64,000 nucleotides of DNA from an uncultured Planctomycetota bacterium (GTDB taxonomy: Bacteria > Planctomycetota > Planctomycetia > Pirellulales > Lacipirellulaceae), in the NCBI GenBank assembly GCA_963719315.1, contig CAVRBU010000004.1, positions 32,001 to 96,000 on the forward strand, read 5' to 3'. Of this stretch, positions 35,168-44,483 are shown piece after piece; within the stretch, counting starts at the first letter, position 1, and every line of letters starts with the position of its first letter. The notes below the pieces were generated by a model, which was not told the origin of the DNA, ran no database searches, and saw nothing but the letters and a program-made list of their open reading frames with translations. The translations under genes and the position numbers were made by a program.

Positions 35168-35415
35168 TCGGTCGCATCGCCCGAGAGCACCAACGCGCAC
35201 CATCGGGGCAGGGCACAATCACTTATTACGAGTGCAGAGTTAGTGCAGAGAAAAGCACGCGACGGGACGATAAGCAAAGCACTTGCGTGAAAAGAACGTG
35301 AAAGCTACGTTGATCAGAAGTGGCTGATTTGTCGGCACTTACGCACTTCTTTGCATTTCGGCTGTATCGTCTGGGGGTCAAAAGGTCGCTGGTTCGAATC
35401 CAGTCGGCCCGACTA
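35168..35415 (+). repeat. About 250-bp direct repeat (unit right end plus tRNA-Pro 3' fragment copy 3 at 35371-35414)
   Basis: Nearly identical to 26766-27015; AGTGCAGAG-TT-AGTGCAGAG at 35231-35250. Confidence 0.92.
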
Positions 35416-35514
35416 GCAAAAAAGTAACTTTCGACCGTCCTGCTACAGTAAATCCTACAGTAAATCCAGCCGGTGGCTTATTTCCGGGCTAGGTTTTATG
35501 AGGGATTTACTGCT

Positions 35515-35895
35515 ATGGCGAGACGAAGAAAAGGACCGTGGAAGCGGAAGGGCGAGACGAAGGATAACCACTGGTATACGACTATTGGCAAGCAGACGAT
35601 GAAGGTTGCGGAAGGCACCGCAACCTATCAGCAGGCGTATGAGAAGTACGTCCAAATTCTGGCCGACAACGGCGATATTGAGCCGGAACAATTCACGATC
35701 AAGAATTTGGTCAAGCGGTTCCTGGTCTGGTCGAAGGCTAACCGCAAACCCGCTACTCACGCCTTCTACGAGCGGTATCTGAATTCGTTTGTCGCCTACT
35801 CCGGCAACAAGCGTGTGCGGTTGTTCAATACATGGGTGGGCGACGGCTGCCCTGAGAAGGCTCTAAGAGTCCGAATGTATTCGCCCGCCCAGTGA
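35515..35895 (+). pseudogene. N-terminal fragment of a tyrosine integrase
   Basis: MARRRKGPWKRK...WYTTIGKQ...TIKNLVKRFLVW...PATHAFYERYLNSF resembles arm/core-binding regions; lies 100 bp from the att site; no catalytic R-H-R-Y region follows. Confidence 0.65.
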
Positions 35896-36095
35896 ATACG
35901 CCCCCGGCCGTGCCCGGCTGTTACGCCAGTCCACTACTCCCAAATGCTGGCGTGGGGCCAAATCTTACCGCCGCACAATCGAGAGTCAGTGGTTGTACTG
36001 CTGACGGAGATTTGTGCCCCGGATGCTGATACGGGGTGTGGCGGTTCAGCACACCCGCGATACGGCAGGCCGCGTATCTGCGGGTGTTGTGTGTC

Positions 36096-37082
36096 TTACA
36101 AGAGCATCCGGGCAAGGTTGAAGTAAACCAGTAGAGTGACCATATCGGACAAGGCCAATGACACCGGGCCAGCGGCAACTTGTGGGTCACGCCGCATGAA
36201 GCGGAGCAAGTTGGGCATGGCGACACCGATCATTGCCGAGATTGCCACTCCACCAGTAATCCCGCCAATCAAACACAACGCAACCCGCCAGTCCCGTAGC
36301 CAAATGGCGGCAACCGTGGCAATGATTATCGCACTGGCAGCCCCAAGCAATGCACCCGTAGTAAATTCCCGCCGTAGCTTGCATGCAATGTCGCGGAGTG
36401 TTGGACGCTGGCCGTGTAACACCTGCAAGGCCAAGCTAACAGATTGAATACTGACACTCTCGGCAAGTGCCAACACAACGGGAATGAAAAGTGCGATGGC
36501 CACTACCTTTTGTAATTCATCCTCAAACAGTCCCGACAGAAACGCGGCCATAATGCCGCCAGCGATGTTCGCCAAGAGCCAAGGGAAGCGGCTCCGAAAT
36601 GCCAGTATGGACGAAGCCTGTTGCGATTCGGTTAAATGCACGCCGATCAATTGAAACAAGTCGTCATACCGTTCGCTGCGGTCAAGCTCACTTAGTTCCT
36701 GAGTGTATAACTCAACATCGACCACGCCGATAATCCGCCGCTCGTCATCGACCACGGGGAACGCCAGTAGCCGGTGCATGACGAAGAATTCGCACGCATC
36801 CAATACGGTAGCAGTGTGCGGAATCGTAATCACGTCGCGGACCATGATTTCGGCCAATGGCTTGTCTAATTCACTCAGTAGCAAGCGACGTGTAGGAATG
36901 ACACCTTGCAATCGTTCGTCATCGTCTATCACGTAGAAGTAAATGACGCGGCTGGATGGTGGATTACGTCGAATGGCGGCAAGGGCTTCGCCCACGGTCT
37001 GCTTGACGTGCAGCCGGTTGAAGTCCCGATGTAGCTTCGAGCTGATCGGGTCGTGCAATTCGTGGTCTGACAAGCTGCTCAT
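36096..37082 (-). CDS. mgtE: MgtE-family magnesium transporter (CBS pair plus membrane domain)
   Basis: YFYVIDDDERLQGVI CBS motif; RFPWLLANI, FIPVVLAL and DPQVAAGP...SDM motifs. Confidence 0.88.
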   Translation of the reverse strand: MSSLSDHELHDPISSKLHRDFNRLHVKQTVGEALAAIRRNPPSSRVIYFYVIDDDERLQGVIPTRRLLLSELDKPLAEIMVRDVITIPHTATVLDACEFFVMHRLLAFPVVDDERRIIGVVDVELYTQELSELDRSERYDDLFQLIGVHLTESQQASSILAFRSRFPWLLANIAGGIMAAFLSGLFEDELQKVVAIALFIPVVLALAESVSIQSVSLALQVLHGQRPTLRDIACKLRREFTTGALLGAASAIIIATVAAIWLRDWRVALCLIGGITGGVAISAMIGVAMPNLLRFMRRDPQVAAGPVSLALSDMVTLLVYFNLARMLL

Positions 37083-37277
37083 TGAATCAGTAGCCCAAGA
37101 ATCGTGCCAGAATGCCAAATAAGGTAAGGCCGCTGAAAATTGCAATTACAATGATTCGGACCCACCTGTCAGATTGATCCGGTTCGGAATTGCGGTTTGA
37201 GGTGGACCCTAAAAACTGGGCGCCCTGATAAGGTATAAAATCCCCGCTGTGGGATGGCCTATCAGGAGGTTCGGAGG

Positions 37278-37568
37278 ATGGCTCGGAAGCGACGGAGTTT
37301 TAGCGGTGCGTTCAAGGCGAAGGTAGCACTGGCGGCGTGCCGGGGCGACAAGACCACGGCTCAACTGGCGGCTGAGTATGAAGTGCATGTGGGCCAGATC
37401 ACGGCCTGGAAGAAGCAACTCTTGGAGGGAGCTCCGGAGTTGTTCGAAGACGGCCGCGGCAAGCGAGCGGCCGAGGACACGGCCAATGACCAGGAGCTTT
37501 ACGAGCAGATCGGCCGGCTGAAGATGGAAGTCGAGTGGTTGAAAAAAAAAGCTGCCGAGCTCAACTGA
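37278..37568 (+). CDS. IS3 transposase OrfA
   Basis: FKAKVALAA...LAAEYEVH...WKKQ HTH; ends LYEQIGRLKMEVEWLKKK. Confidence 0.9.
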   Translation: MARKRRSFSGAFKAKVALAACRGDKTTAQLAAEYEVHVGQITAWKKQLLEGAPELFEDGRGKRAAEDTANDQELYEQIGRLKMEVEWLKKKAAELN

Positions 37569-37632
37569 AGGACTGAGGCGATGCATCGAAACGGAACGCA
37601 AACAGCTCACGATCGCGCGGCAGTGCGAGCTA

Positions 37633-38430
37633 GTGGGGCTCGCACGAAGCACGTGGTACTACCAGCCGATTGGCGAATCGGCCGAGAACCTGGCGTTCAT
37701 GCGTGCGATCGACGAGCAGTATTTGCGGACGCCGTTTTACGGCAGCCGCAAGCTCTCGGAAGTGCTGGGAGTGAACCGCAAGCGCATCCAACGGTTGATG
37801 CGTGTGATGGGCATCGAGGCGATCTATCCGAAGCGGCGGACCACCAGGCCCGGCGCCGGACACAAAATTTACCCGTATTTACTGCGGAATGTGGAGGTCG
37901 CGCGGCCCGACCAGGTGTGGGCCAGCGACATCACCTACGTGCCGCTGCGTCACGGGTTTTTGTACCTCGCGGCGGTGATGGACTGGTACAGCCGCTACGT
38001 GCTGAGTTGGCGCTTGTCGAACACGCTTACCGGCGACTTCTGTATGGAGGCGCTCGACGAAGCGCTCACGCAGACCAAGCCCGAGATCTTCAACAGCGAC
38101 CAAGGGAGTCAATACACAGCCGAAGCGTTCACGTCGCGGCTGGAGGCTGCCGGCGTGGCGATCAGCATGGATGGCCGCGGCCGGGCGATCGACAACGTGT
38201 TCGTCGAGCGGCTGTGGCGGAGTGTGAAATACGAGGACGTGTACCTCAAGGATTACGTGGACGGCTGGCAAGCCGACGCGTCGCTGGCGGCGTACTTCCG
38301 CTTCTACAACAACGAACGAATCCATCAGGCGCTCGGCTACCGCACCCCATGGGAGATTTATCGCGAGCGAGGCTCAAGCGACGGGCCGCCGTCAGACGAA
38401 AAACGAATTGAAATCGCGCCAACAATTTGA
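37633..38430 (+). CDS. IS3 transposase OrfB (rve integrase core)
   Basis: WASDITY, FNSDQGSQYT and DNVFVERLWRSVKYE motifs. Confidence 0.92.
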   Translation: MGLARSTWYYQPIGESAENLAFMRAIDEQYLRTPFYGSRKLSEVLGVNRKRIQRLMRVMGIEAIYPKRRTTRPGAGHKIYPYLLRNVEVARPDQVWASDITYVPLRHGFLYLAAVMDWYSRYVLSWRLSNTLTGDFCMEALDEALTQTKPEIFNSDQGSQYTAEAFTSRLEAAGVAISMDGRGRAIDNVFVERLWRSVKYEDVYLKDYVDGWQADASLAAYFRFYNNERIHQALGYRTPWEIYRERGSSDGPPSDEKRIEIAPTI

Positions 38431-39145
38431 TAGCTGGTTAGTACATCAGAAAGTTAAACCGCTGCAGCGGCCGCGCAAGACCTGTGAGGGGTCTTGCGGG
38501 CCGCCAGCCCCACTACCTTATTCAACCCTATTGGGCGCCCAACCAATGGGGTCCACCTCAGTTATCGGTACTCATAGTTTGGCCCTGCCAAATAAAAAAA
38601 CGCTGGCCGCACTTTTGCCGCCAGTCACGGGGAAACTCGACCACAGAGAAGTGCCTTTAGCACTTAGTAGGTCGGTCAGATACGCAGCAAGACGTGCTGC
38701 GATTGCAAGGTCTGGCAATCGGTAGAAGGTCGCGGAAAGTCGATCCGACCTACTGAACGCCAATCGAAAGATAGGCTTACGAGGCCAAGAAATATGCTGC
38801 CGCTAGATATTTTGATGCTGGCGGACTGTCCAGCGATTCTGGCAAGCCCGATTTGACCGGAATCCCCCTTTGACGGACTGGAATGGTTGTCCGCCGCGTT
38901 TTGATTCGCATTTGTTTGCAATGTGATCCATGCCGGGCAATTCAATCCCACGCCAATCAGTAACAAAATGGTAACTAAGGCGTTCCGCATAACCCAATTC
39001 TCTCATGATGATCGAAGGCAGTCCAGACCAATGACGTACCGATAACACAGCGTGTCTCCAATCGTGGCCAAAATCGGTCGCACAGAATGCCCCCAGAATC
39101 GTCCGAGCGAGTAAGGCCGTCCCTAGACACGTCCGTTTTCGGCTA

Positions 39146-39191
39146 TTGACCGAACGAACAAAGGTCAATATATTTGCATAGGCGAATATAT
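39146..39191 (+). promoter_or_regulatory. Sigma70-like ars promoter with overlapping ArsR operator
   Basis: TTGACC-N17-TATATT (39146-39174); palindrome ATATATTTGC-ATAG-GCGAATATAT (39168-39191) overlaps the -10 box and start codon. Confidence 0.7.
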
Positions 39192-39537
39192 GAAAACCGT
39201 TGCTGCTACCCCTGTTGATCGTATTTTCCGAGCCTTCGCCGATCCGACTCGGCTCCGCATTCTCAGCTTGCTCCTACGTGGCGAGCTATGCGTATGCGAC
39301 ATTGTGAACACGTTGGAAGTGCCGCAGCCCACCGCGTCACGTCACTTAGCGTATCTACGCAAGGCAGGGTTAGTCGAGGCACGGAGGGATGGGCTTTGGA
39401 TGTACTATAAATTGGCACCTGCCCGGAACGCCATGCACAAGAAACTGATTGAATGTCTCGGCTGCTGCTTTCAAGATTTCCCCCAGCTATCCAAGGATGC
39501 GAAGCAGCTTGGCCGCTGCACGAAATGCTGCGAGTAA
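39190..39537 (+). CDS. arsR: ArsR/SmtB transcriptional repressor
   Basis: FADPTRLRIL, ELCVCD and SRHLAYL motifs; C-terminal CC pairs. Confidence 0.93.
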   Translation: MKTVAATPVDRIFRAFADPTRLRILSLLLRGELCVCDIVNTLEVPQPTASRHLAYLRKAGLVEARRDGLWMYYKLAPARNAMHKKLIECLGCCFQDFPQLSKDAKQLGRCTKCCE

Positions 39538-39550
39538 AAATTTTTGCCCA

Positions 39551-39570
39551 ATATATTCGCATAAGCGAAT
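39551..39570 (+). promoter_or_regulatory. Second copy of the ArsR operator-like palindrome
   Basis: ATATATTCGC-ATAA-GCGAAT between arsR and acr3. Confidence 0.6.
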
Positions 39571-39579
39571 GAAGTAAGG

Positions 39580-40704
39580 ATGCAAAGGATGAATCAGCCA
39601 ATACAAACTTGCCCGCGTGGTCGATTGTCATTCCTTGACCGTTTTCTGACAGTCTGGATATTCCTTGCGATGGCCATTGGCGTAGCGGCAGGCCACTTTA
39701 TTCCCAGCGTGGAATCGTTCATCAATCGGTTTCAGGTGGGGACCACGAATATCCCGATTGCGATTGGCCTGATTTTGATGATGTACCCACCGTTGGCGAA
39801 GGTGAAGTATGAGGAATTGGGCGACGTATTCCGCAACTGGAAGATACTTGGACTTTCGCTCTTGCAGAATTGGTTGATCGGCCCCGTTTTGATGTTCGTC
39901 TTGGCCATCGTGTTTCTGCGGAGCTATCCAGAGTATATGACTGGGCTGATTCTCATTGGCTTGGCCCGCTGTATCGCAATGGTGATTGTGTGGAACGAAC
40001 TAGCCAAGGGCGACACTGAATACGCCGCCGGTCTAGTCGCGTTCAACAGCGTTTTTCAAGTGCTGTTCTACAGCCTCTATGCTTGGGTATTTATTACCTG
40101 GCTTCCGCCGCTGCTAAACCTACAGGGCAGCGTAGTTGAAGTGAGCATAGCTCAGATTGCCCAGAGCGTATTTATCTATTTGGGCATTCCGTTTCTGGCC
40201 GGCATTTTCACTCGATTCGTTTTGCTTCGCACCAAAGGGCGGGATTGGTATGAGCGGGAATTCATACCGCGAATCAGCCCGATTACACTGGTTGCCCTTT
40301 TGTTCACAATTCTGGTTATGTTCAGCCTCAAAGGCGAGCAGATAGTGCGGATTCCATTTGACGTGCTAATAATTGCAGTGCCACTCCTGATTTATTTCGT
40401 GGCCATGTTCCTGATTAGCTTTTTTCTTGGCTACAAGCTGGGAGCCGACTACTCAAAAACGGCCACGTTGTCATTCACGGCGGCAAGCAACAATTTCGAG
40501 TTGGCGATTGCCGTTGCGGTAGCGGTGTTCGGAATCGGATCGGGTGTCGCGTTCGCTGCCGTTATCGGCCCATTGGTTGAAGTTCCGGTAATGATCGGAT
40601 TAGTAGGCGTCTCACGCTACTTTCAACGCAAGTATTTCGCCCTTGGGGCCGACGGACTTCCGTTGAACGTGGCTACAGCGGCAACAAAATCGGCCCCAAG
40701 ATAG
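39580..40704 (+). CDS. acr3: ACR3-family arsenite efflux transporter
   Basis: [39 protein letters not shown] and GPLVEVP motifs. Confidence 0.96.
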   Translation: MQRMNQPIQTCPRGRLSFLDRFLTVWIFLAMAIGVAAGHFIPSVESFINRFQVGTTNIPIAIGLILMMYPPLAKVKYEELGDVFRNWKILGLSLLQNWLIGPVLMFVLAIVFLRSYPEYMTGLILIGLARCIAMVIVWNELAKGDTEYAAGLVAFNSVFQVLFYSLYAWVFITWLPPLLNLQGSVVEVSIAQIAQSVFIYLGIPFLAGIFTRFVLLRTKGRDWYEREFIPRISPITLVALLFTILVMFSLKGEQIVRIPFDVLIIAVPLLIYFVAMFLISFFLGYKLGADYSKTATLSFTAASNNFELAIAVAVAVFGIGSGVAFAAVIGPLVEVPVMIGLVGVSRYFQRKYFALGADGLPLNVATAATKSAPR

Positions 40705-40715
40705 GAGCCTCAGCC

Positions 40716-40961
40716 ATGACTCACAACGAATGCTACGGCAAGCTGTTTCCTACGGTCAATTCGCCCCCAACGGATCGGCCAATACGGGGCAAGGCGTTCG
40801 TAATCGAGTTGCAACGTGCGGGTGGGATGGCGATAGCCACGCGACATGCCAACGTCGATATGGACGAATGGGACAAGTGCGTGACGTGTGACGAATTCCC
40901 AAACTGCTACAAACTCAGTATGGCGAAACTCGCCCTTGAAACCGGCGTCATGCAAAACTGA
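40716..40961 (+). CDS. Small Cys-containing hypothetical protein in the ars operon
   Basis: 81 aa; RBS GGAG; tightly spaced between acr3 and arsC; ECYG and CVTC-x5-C. Confidence 0.7.
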   Translation: MTHNECYGKLFPTVNSPPTDRPIRGKAFVIELQRAGGMAIATRHANVDMDEWDKCVTCDEFPNCYKLSMAKLALETGVMQN

Positions 40962-40973
40962 AAGGGAGCGTCT

Positions 40974-41405
40974 ATGGATACAAAGCCGAACGTACTATTT
41001 CTCTGCACTGGAAATTCCTGCCGTAGTCAAATGGCCGAGGGATTCCTACGCGAACATGGCAGTGACGAATTCAATGCCTACAGTGCCGGAACCGAACCGG
41101 CGGAGCGTGTTCACCCGCTCGCTGTTCAGGTAATGACAGAGAAGGGAATTGACATAAGTAATCAGGAACCGAAGAACGTCGGTCAATTCCTTGGCCGGCT
41201 GGCGGTGCGTCACTTGGTTATTGTTTGTTCCGGTGCGAATGAAAAATGCCCGCGTATCTTCCCCGGAATGATGAATCGACACTTTTGGCCTTTTGACGAT
41301 CCGGCGGCGTTTGTCGGGAGCCCAACGGCGACGTTAGAGAAGTTTCGCACTGTGCGGGACGAAATAGAGGCACGTATCAAAGACTGGTTAAAGGAATCCC
41401 CATGA
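40974..41405 (+). CDS. arsC: Arsenate reductase (LMW-PTP type)
   Basis: [17 protein letters not shown]...CP and WPFDDP motifs. Confidence 0.95.
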   Translation: MDTKPNVLFLCTGNSCRSQMAEGFLREHGSDEFNAYSAGTEPAERVHPLAVQVMTEKGIDISNQEPKNVGQFLGRLAVRHLVIVCSGANEKCPRIFPGMMNRHFWPFDDPAAFVGSPTATLEKFRTVRDEIEARIKDWLKESP

Positions 41406-42238
41406 AAGTAGTAGATGTTGTACGCGAAAAGTATGCGTCGGTAGCAACTAGCGGATTATCTAGCAAACACGATGGCGTCCGGGCGGTCGCCGAAGCTTTC
41501 GGCTACTCGCCCGAAGAATTGGCGTCGATTCCAGCGGAAGCCAACATGGGGCTTTCGTGTGGCAATCCTACCGCTTTTGCTACCCTTCGCCCCGGCGAAA
41601 CGGTTATTGATCTTGGCTGCGGTGGTGGGCTGGACGTGTTTCTGGCAGCCGAAAAAGTTGGCCCGACAGGCAAAGCAATCGGCATTGATATGACTGACGA
41701 AATGTTGGAATTGTCCCGCCGCAATGCAGCCGGTCGAATGAATGTCGAATTTCACAAAGCGACCATAGACAACATGCCGCTGCCCGATGCGTCGGTAGAT
41801 TGTGTGATTAGCAATTGCGTAATCAACCTGGCTCCCGACAAGCCTGCCGTATTCCGTGAGATTGCCCGTGTGCTGAGACCAGGCGGACGATTGGCGGTGA
41901 GCGACATTGCATTAAAGAAGCCGTTGCCGCCAGAAATTGGTAATGACCTAATTGCCTACGTCGGCTGTGTAGCCGGGGCCATTTTAATTGAGGATTACCG
42001 GAACTGGCTCGCCGCTGCCGGATTCGATGCTGTCGAAATTATCGACGCCGGGAAAGACTTGAATGCCTACTCCAAGGTAAACGGCCAATCGGGCTGTTGC
42101 TCGCCGCCGATGGGCAGCGGGCTTCCGGTTGTTTCGTGCTGCTCAAGTGAGGTACACAACGAGCTAGGCGAGTTGCTGGCCAAATACAATGTCAATGACT
42201 ATGCGGCCAGCGTGAGAGTCTTTGCGGTGAAGCCGTAG
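41402..42238 (+). CDS. arsM: Arsenite S-adenosylmethionine methyltransferase
   Basis: [25 protein letters not shown] and YVGCVAGA motifs. Confidence 0.93.
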   Translation: MKVVDVVREKYASVATSGLSSKHDGVRAVAEAFGYSPEELASIPAEANMGLSCGNPTAFATLRPGETVIDLGCGGGLDVFLAAEKVGPTGKAIGIDMTDEMLELSRRNAAGRMNVEFHKATIDNMPLPDASVDCVISNCVINLAPDKPAVFREIARVLRPGGRLAVSDIALKKPLPPEIGNDLIAYVGCVAGAILIEDYRNWLAAAGFDAVEIIDAGKDLNAYSKVNGQSGCCSPPMGSGLPVVSCCSSEVHNELGELLAKYNVNDYAASVRVFAVKP

Positions 42239-42247
42239 CAATAAAAT

Positions 42248-42280
42248 AAGCCCGGCATTGGTTCAACCAGTGCCGGGCTT
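42248..42280 (+). terminator. Stem-loop after arsM
   Basis: AAGCCCGGCATTGG-TTCAA-CCAGTGCCGGGCTT. Confidence 0.65.
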
Positions 42281-42523
42281 CAATTGTTTCTAGGGACGAG
42301 AAGTGGCTACAATGGGCCGCATGATTCGGAACTTTCAGCCTAGCGGGATAGATTCCCAGCCCGTCATGGTCGCGGTTGCACCGGGCACTGGCACCGTCAG
42401 ATACAGCCCTACAGTTTATTCACAGTAAATCGGGGACAAACAAGCCTATTGTAGATACTGGAAAGCGTTCGATTTATACTAGATTTACAGTGTTCGGCTG
42501 GTTTCATTGCAAAGGGTTTGTAG

Positions 42524-42565
42524 CTGGGGGTCAAAAGGTCGCTGGTTCGAATCCAGTCGGCCCGA
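42524..42565 (+). repeat. att site: 3' half of tRNA-Pro(GGG), copy 4
   Basis: CTGGGGGTCAAAAGGTCGCTGGTTCGAATCCAGTCGGCCCGA; no 5' half upstream. Confidence 0.88.
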
Positions 42566-42974
42566 TTGTTTGCTGTTTGAAAACCAGGTGTTTTTGGCCG
42601 ATGCCCTTTGGCGGTCGGTTCGGATGTCACCCAAAATGGCACCCGCGCCTGCCAGGAAGGCCCAGAGTACGTCCGCCGTTTACTCGGCGGACCGGCCGAC
42701 GTAGTACGCCATCGGAGCGTCGATACTGCGATGGCACGGGGCGAAGCACTTTTCCCCGAGTTATTAGGGGTTTGGGAGCTACTTGAAATACAATTTACGC
42801 CTTGGGTCAGAGCAAAGTTGCCCCACTCCGGCGTCGTATCACGAAAAAAAGTTTCCAGAAATTCCTACCAGATACTAGACAAATAGACGCCGCCGAAGTA
42901 CGCTATGTTTCGACTGCGTCAAAATGGAGTTGATTGTTACCATTTTGAGTTACCTCTGACACATAGGATGACTA

Positions 42975-43936
42975 ATGAAGACGACTAATCTGCTTGCCAT
43001 CCTCTTGGCGGCCCTTGTTGCGAACGTCTTTTCCGCCGCGCTTGGAGCGACACATTCGGTAGCGGCTCCAACACATTCGATATCGCCTTCGTCAATGTCG
43101 GCAATCCGGGCAATGCGGCCGACGCGACGGGTAGTCCCAATCCGGTTGGGGCGGTGCCTTATTCGTTCCGCATGGGTCAGTTCGAAATCTCGGAGCAAAT
43201 GATCGACAAGGCCAATGCTGAGGGCGGGCTTGGCATTACCAAAGACACCCGTGGCGCCGATAAACCGGCGACCAGTATTTCCTGGAACGAAGCAGCCCGG
43301 TTCGTCAACTGGCTCAATACGAGCACCGGCAACATGCCAGCCTATAAGTTCGCAGTTCAGCCGGGGGATGGTGGTTACAGTGCGAACTCCAACATTCTGC
43401 TGTGGGCGAACACTGATCCCGGCTATGATCCTAACAATCTCTACCGAAACAGCTTTGCGCGGTATTTCCTGCCCAGCGTCGATGAATGGTACAAGGCGGC
43501 ATACTACGACCCGACCAGCGGTGTCTATTACGATTATCCCACGGGGAGCGACGTTGCACCAGCGGCCGTGAACAGTGGCACGGCAGCCGGCTCGGCGGTT
43601 TACGCCCGACCATTCGGTCAAGGCCCAGCCGACATCATGCTTGCCGGCGGCTTGAGTCCCTACGGCACGATGGGGCAAGGTGGGAATGTCTTTGAATTGG
43701 AAGAGACCGATTTCGATCTGGTGAACGGCCCGGCTGTTACAACGGCGATCCGCGGAGAGCGCGGCGGCTATTGGAGCTCCGCCGCCCTCAACTTGCAGTC
43801 GACGAACCGGCTCAACTCAGCCCCGACGAATCAGCAAAACTTCATTGGTTTTCGCGTAGCCAGTGTCCCTGAACCAAGTTCGGCGATATTGTTTGCGATC
43901 ACCAGCTTGGTGTTTTTCGTTCGGAGAACTCGTTAA
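42975..43936 (+). CDS. FGE-sulfatase (SUMF1-like) domain PEP-CTERM protein (frameshift near 43050)
   Basis: Signal peptide; VGNPGNAAD, LPSVDEWYKAAYY, QGGNVFE and IGFRVASVPEP motifs. Confidence 0.88.
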
Positions 43937-44483
43937 ATTTGCTGCTGGGTCGATTCCGCCGATGAGCGCGGCTGGGAAACGAGCGCAGTGGCGCTATCGC
44001 CAGAAGCGGATTTCCGTCTCGAAGGCTGGATCCGCGCCGCCACGGGAGAAGCACGTTTAGGAGTCGACTTGTTGGACGCCAGCGGTCGCTTGGTACGGTC
44101 TATCGACGCGCCGCAGGTTGCCAACGTGGCCGACTGGCGGTGCGTCGCCGTGGAATTCAAAGAAGAAGCCATCGGGACAGGGAACCGGGCCGGAACGCAT
44201 CGCAGCGATCCGACCGTCAAGCGCCGTGCCCGGCGCCATTCCAAAGGGCCTCGTGCGAGACTTGGGCCTGGTCGGCCGGCCTGGCTTTGAGATGAGTCGC
44301 GGCGGCAATCGTACACCCGTCGTTCCGAACCAGCGAACCGTGGCTGGTGCACAACGTGTATTGCCTACTGGTCGCCAGTGCGCTCGATAAATGTGTTAAT
44401 ATGGAGCGGCCGGGGCCACCTCAATTCGATCGACCACAATGAGCGTTCGGCCGAGAGCGCGCTGATCGTCTGCGATTTTCTCA

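Larger units (their letters stand above)
26971..35414. mobile_element. Integrative unit C (no integrase), carrying a PEP-CTERM passenger-repeat gene and nested IS elements
   Basis: Bounded by tRNA-Pro fragments 2 and 3; same end sequences as unit B. Confidence 0.7.
37198..38560 (+). mobile_element. IS3-family insertion sequence, 1363 bp
   Basis: TG...CA IRs TGAGGTGGACCC / GGGTCCACCTCA; 3-bp target duplication GTT; orfA and orfB with an A9 run at 37542-37550. Confidence 0.95.
35371..42565. mobile_element. Genomic island unit D (defective integrase, mgtE, IS3, ars operon)
   Basis: Bounded by tRNA-Pro fragments 3 and 4; CTACAGTAAATC-type repeats at both ends (35443-35466, 42409-42431); integrase remnant next to the left att site. 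Confidence 0.8.

Noticed and set aside
38676..38990. 104-aa minus-strand ORF with a signal-like N-terminus
   Set aside because: No family motif; may be real but cannot be supported from the sequence alone
19896..42565. CRISPR array or classical integron attC array
   Set aside because: The repeats are 7-8 kb apart and tRNA-derived; no cas or intI gene and no attC-type structure is visible
43960..44300. Short carbohydrate-binding-like ORF fragment
   Set aside because: Possibly a gene remnant, but too short and ambiguous to call
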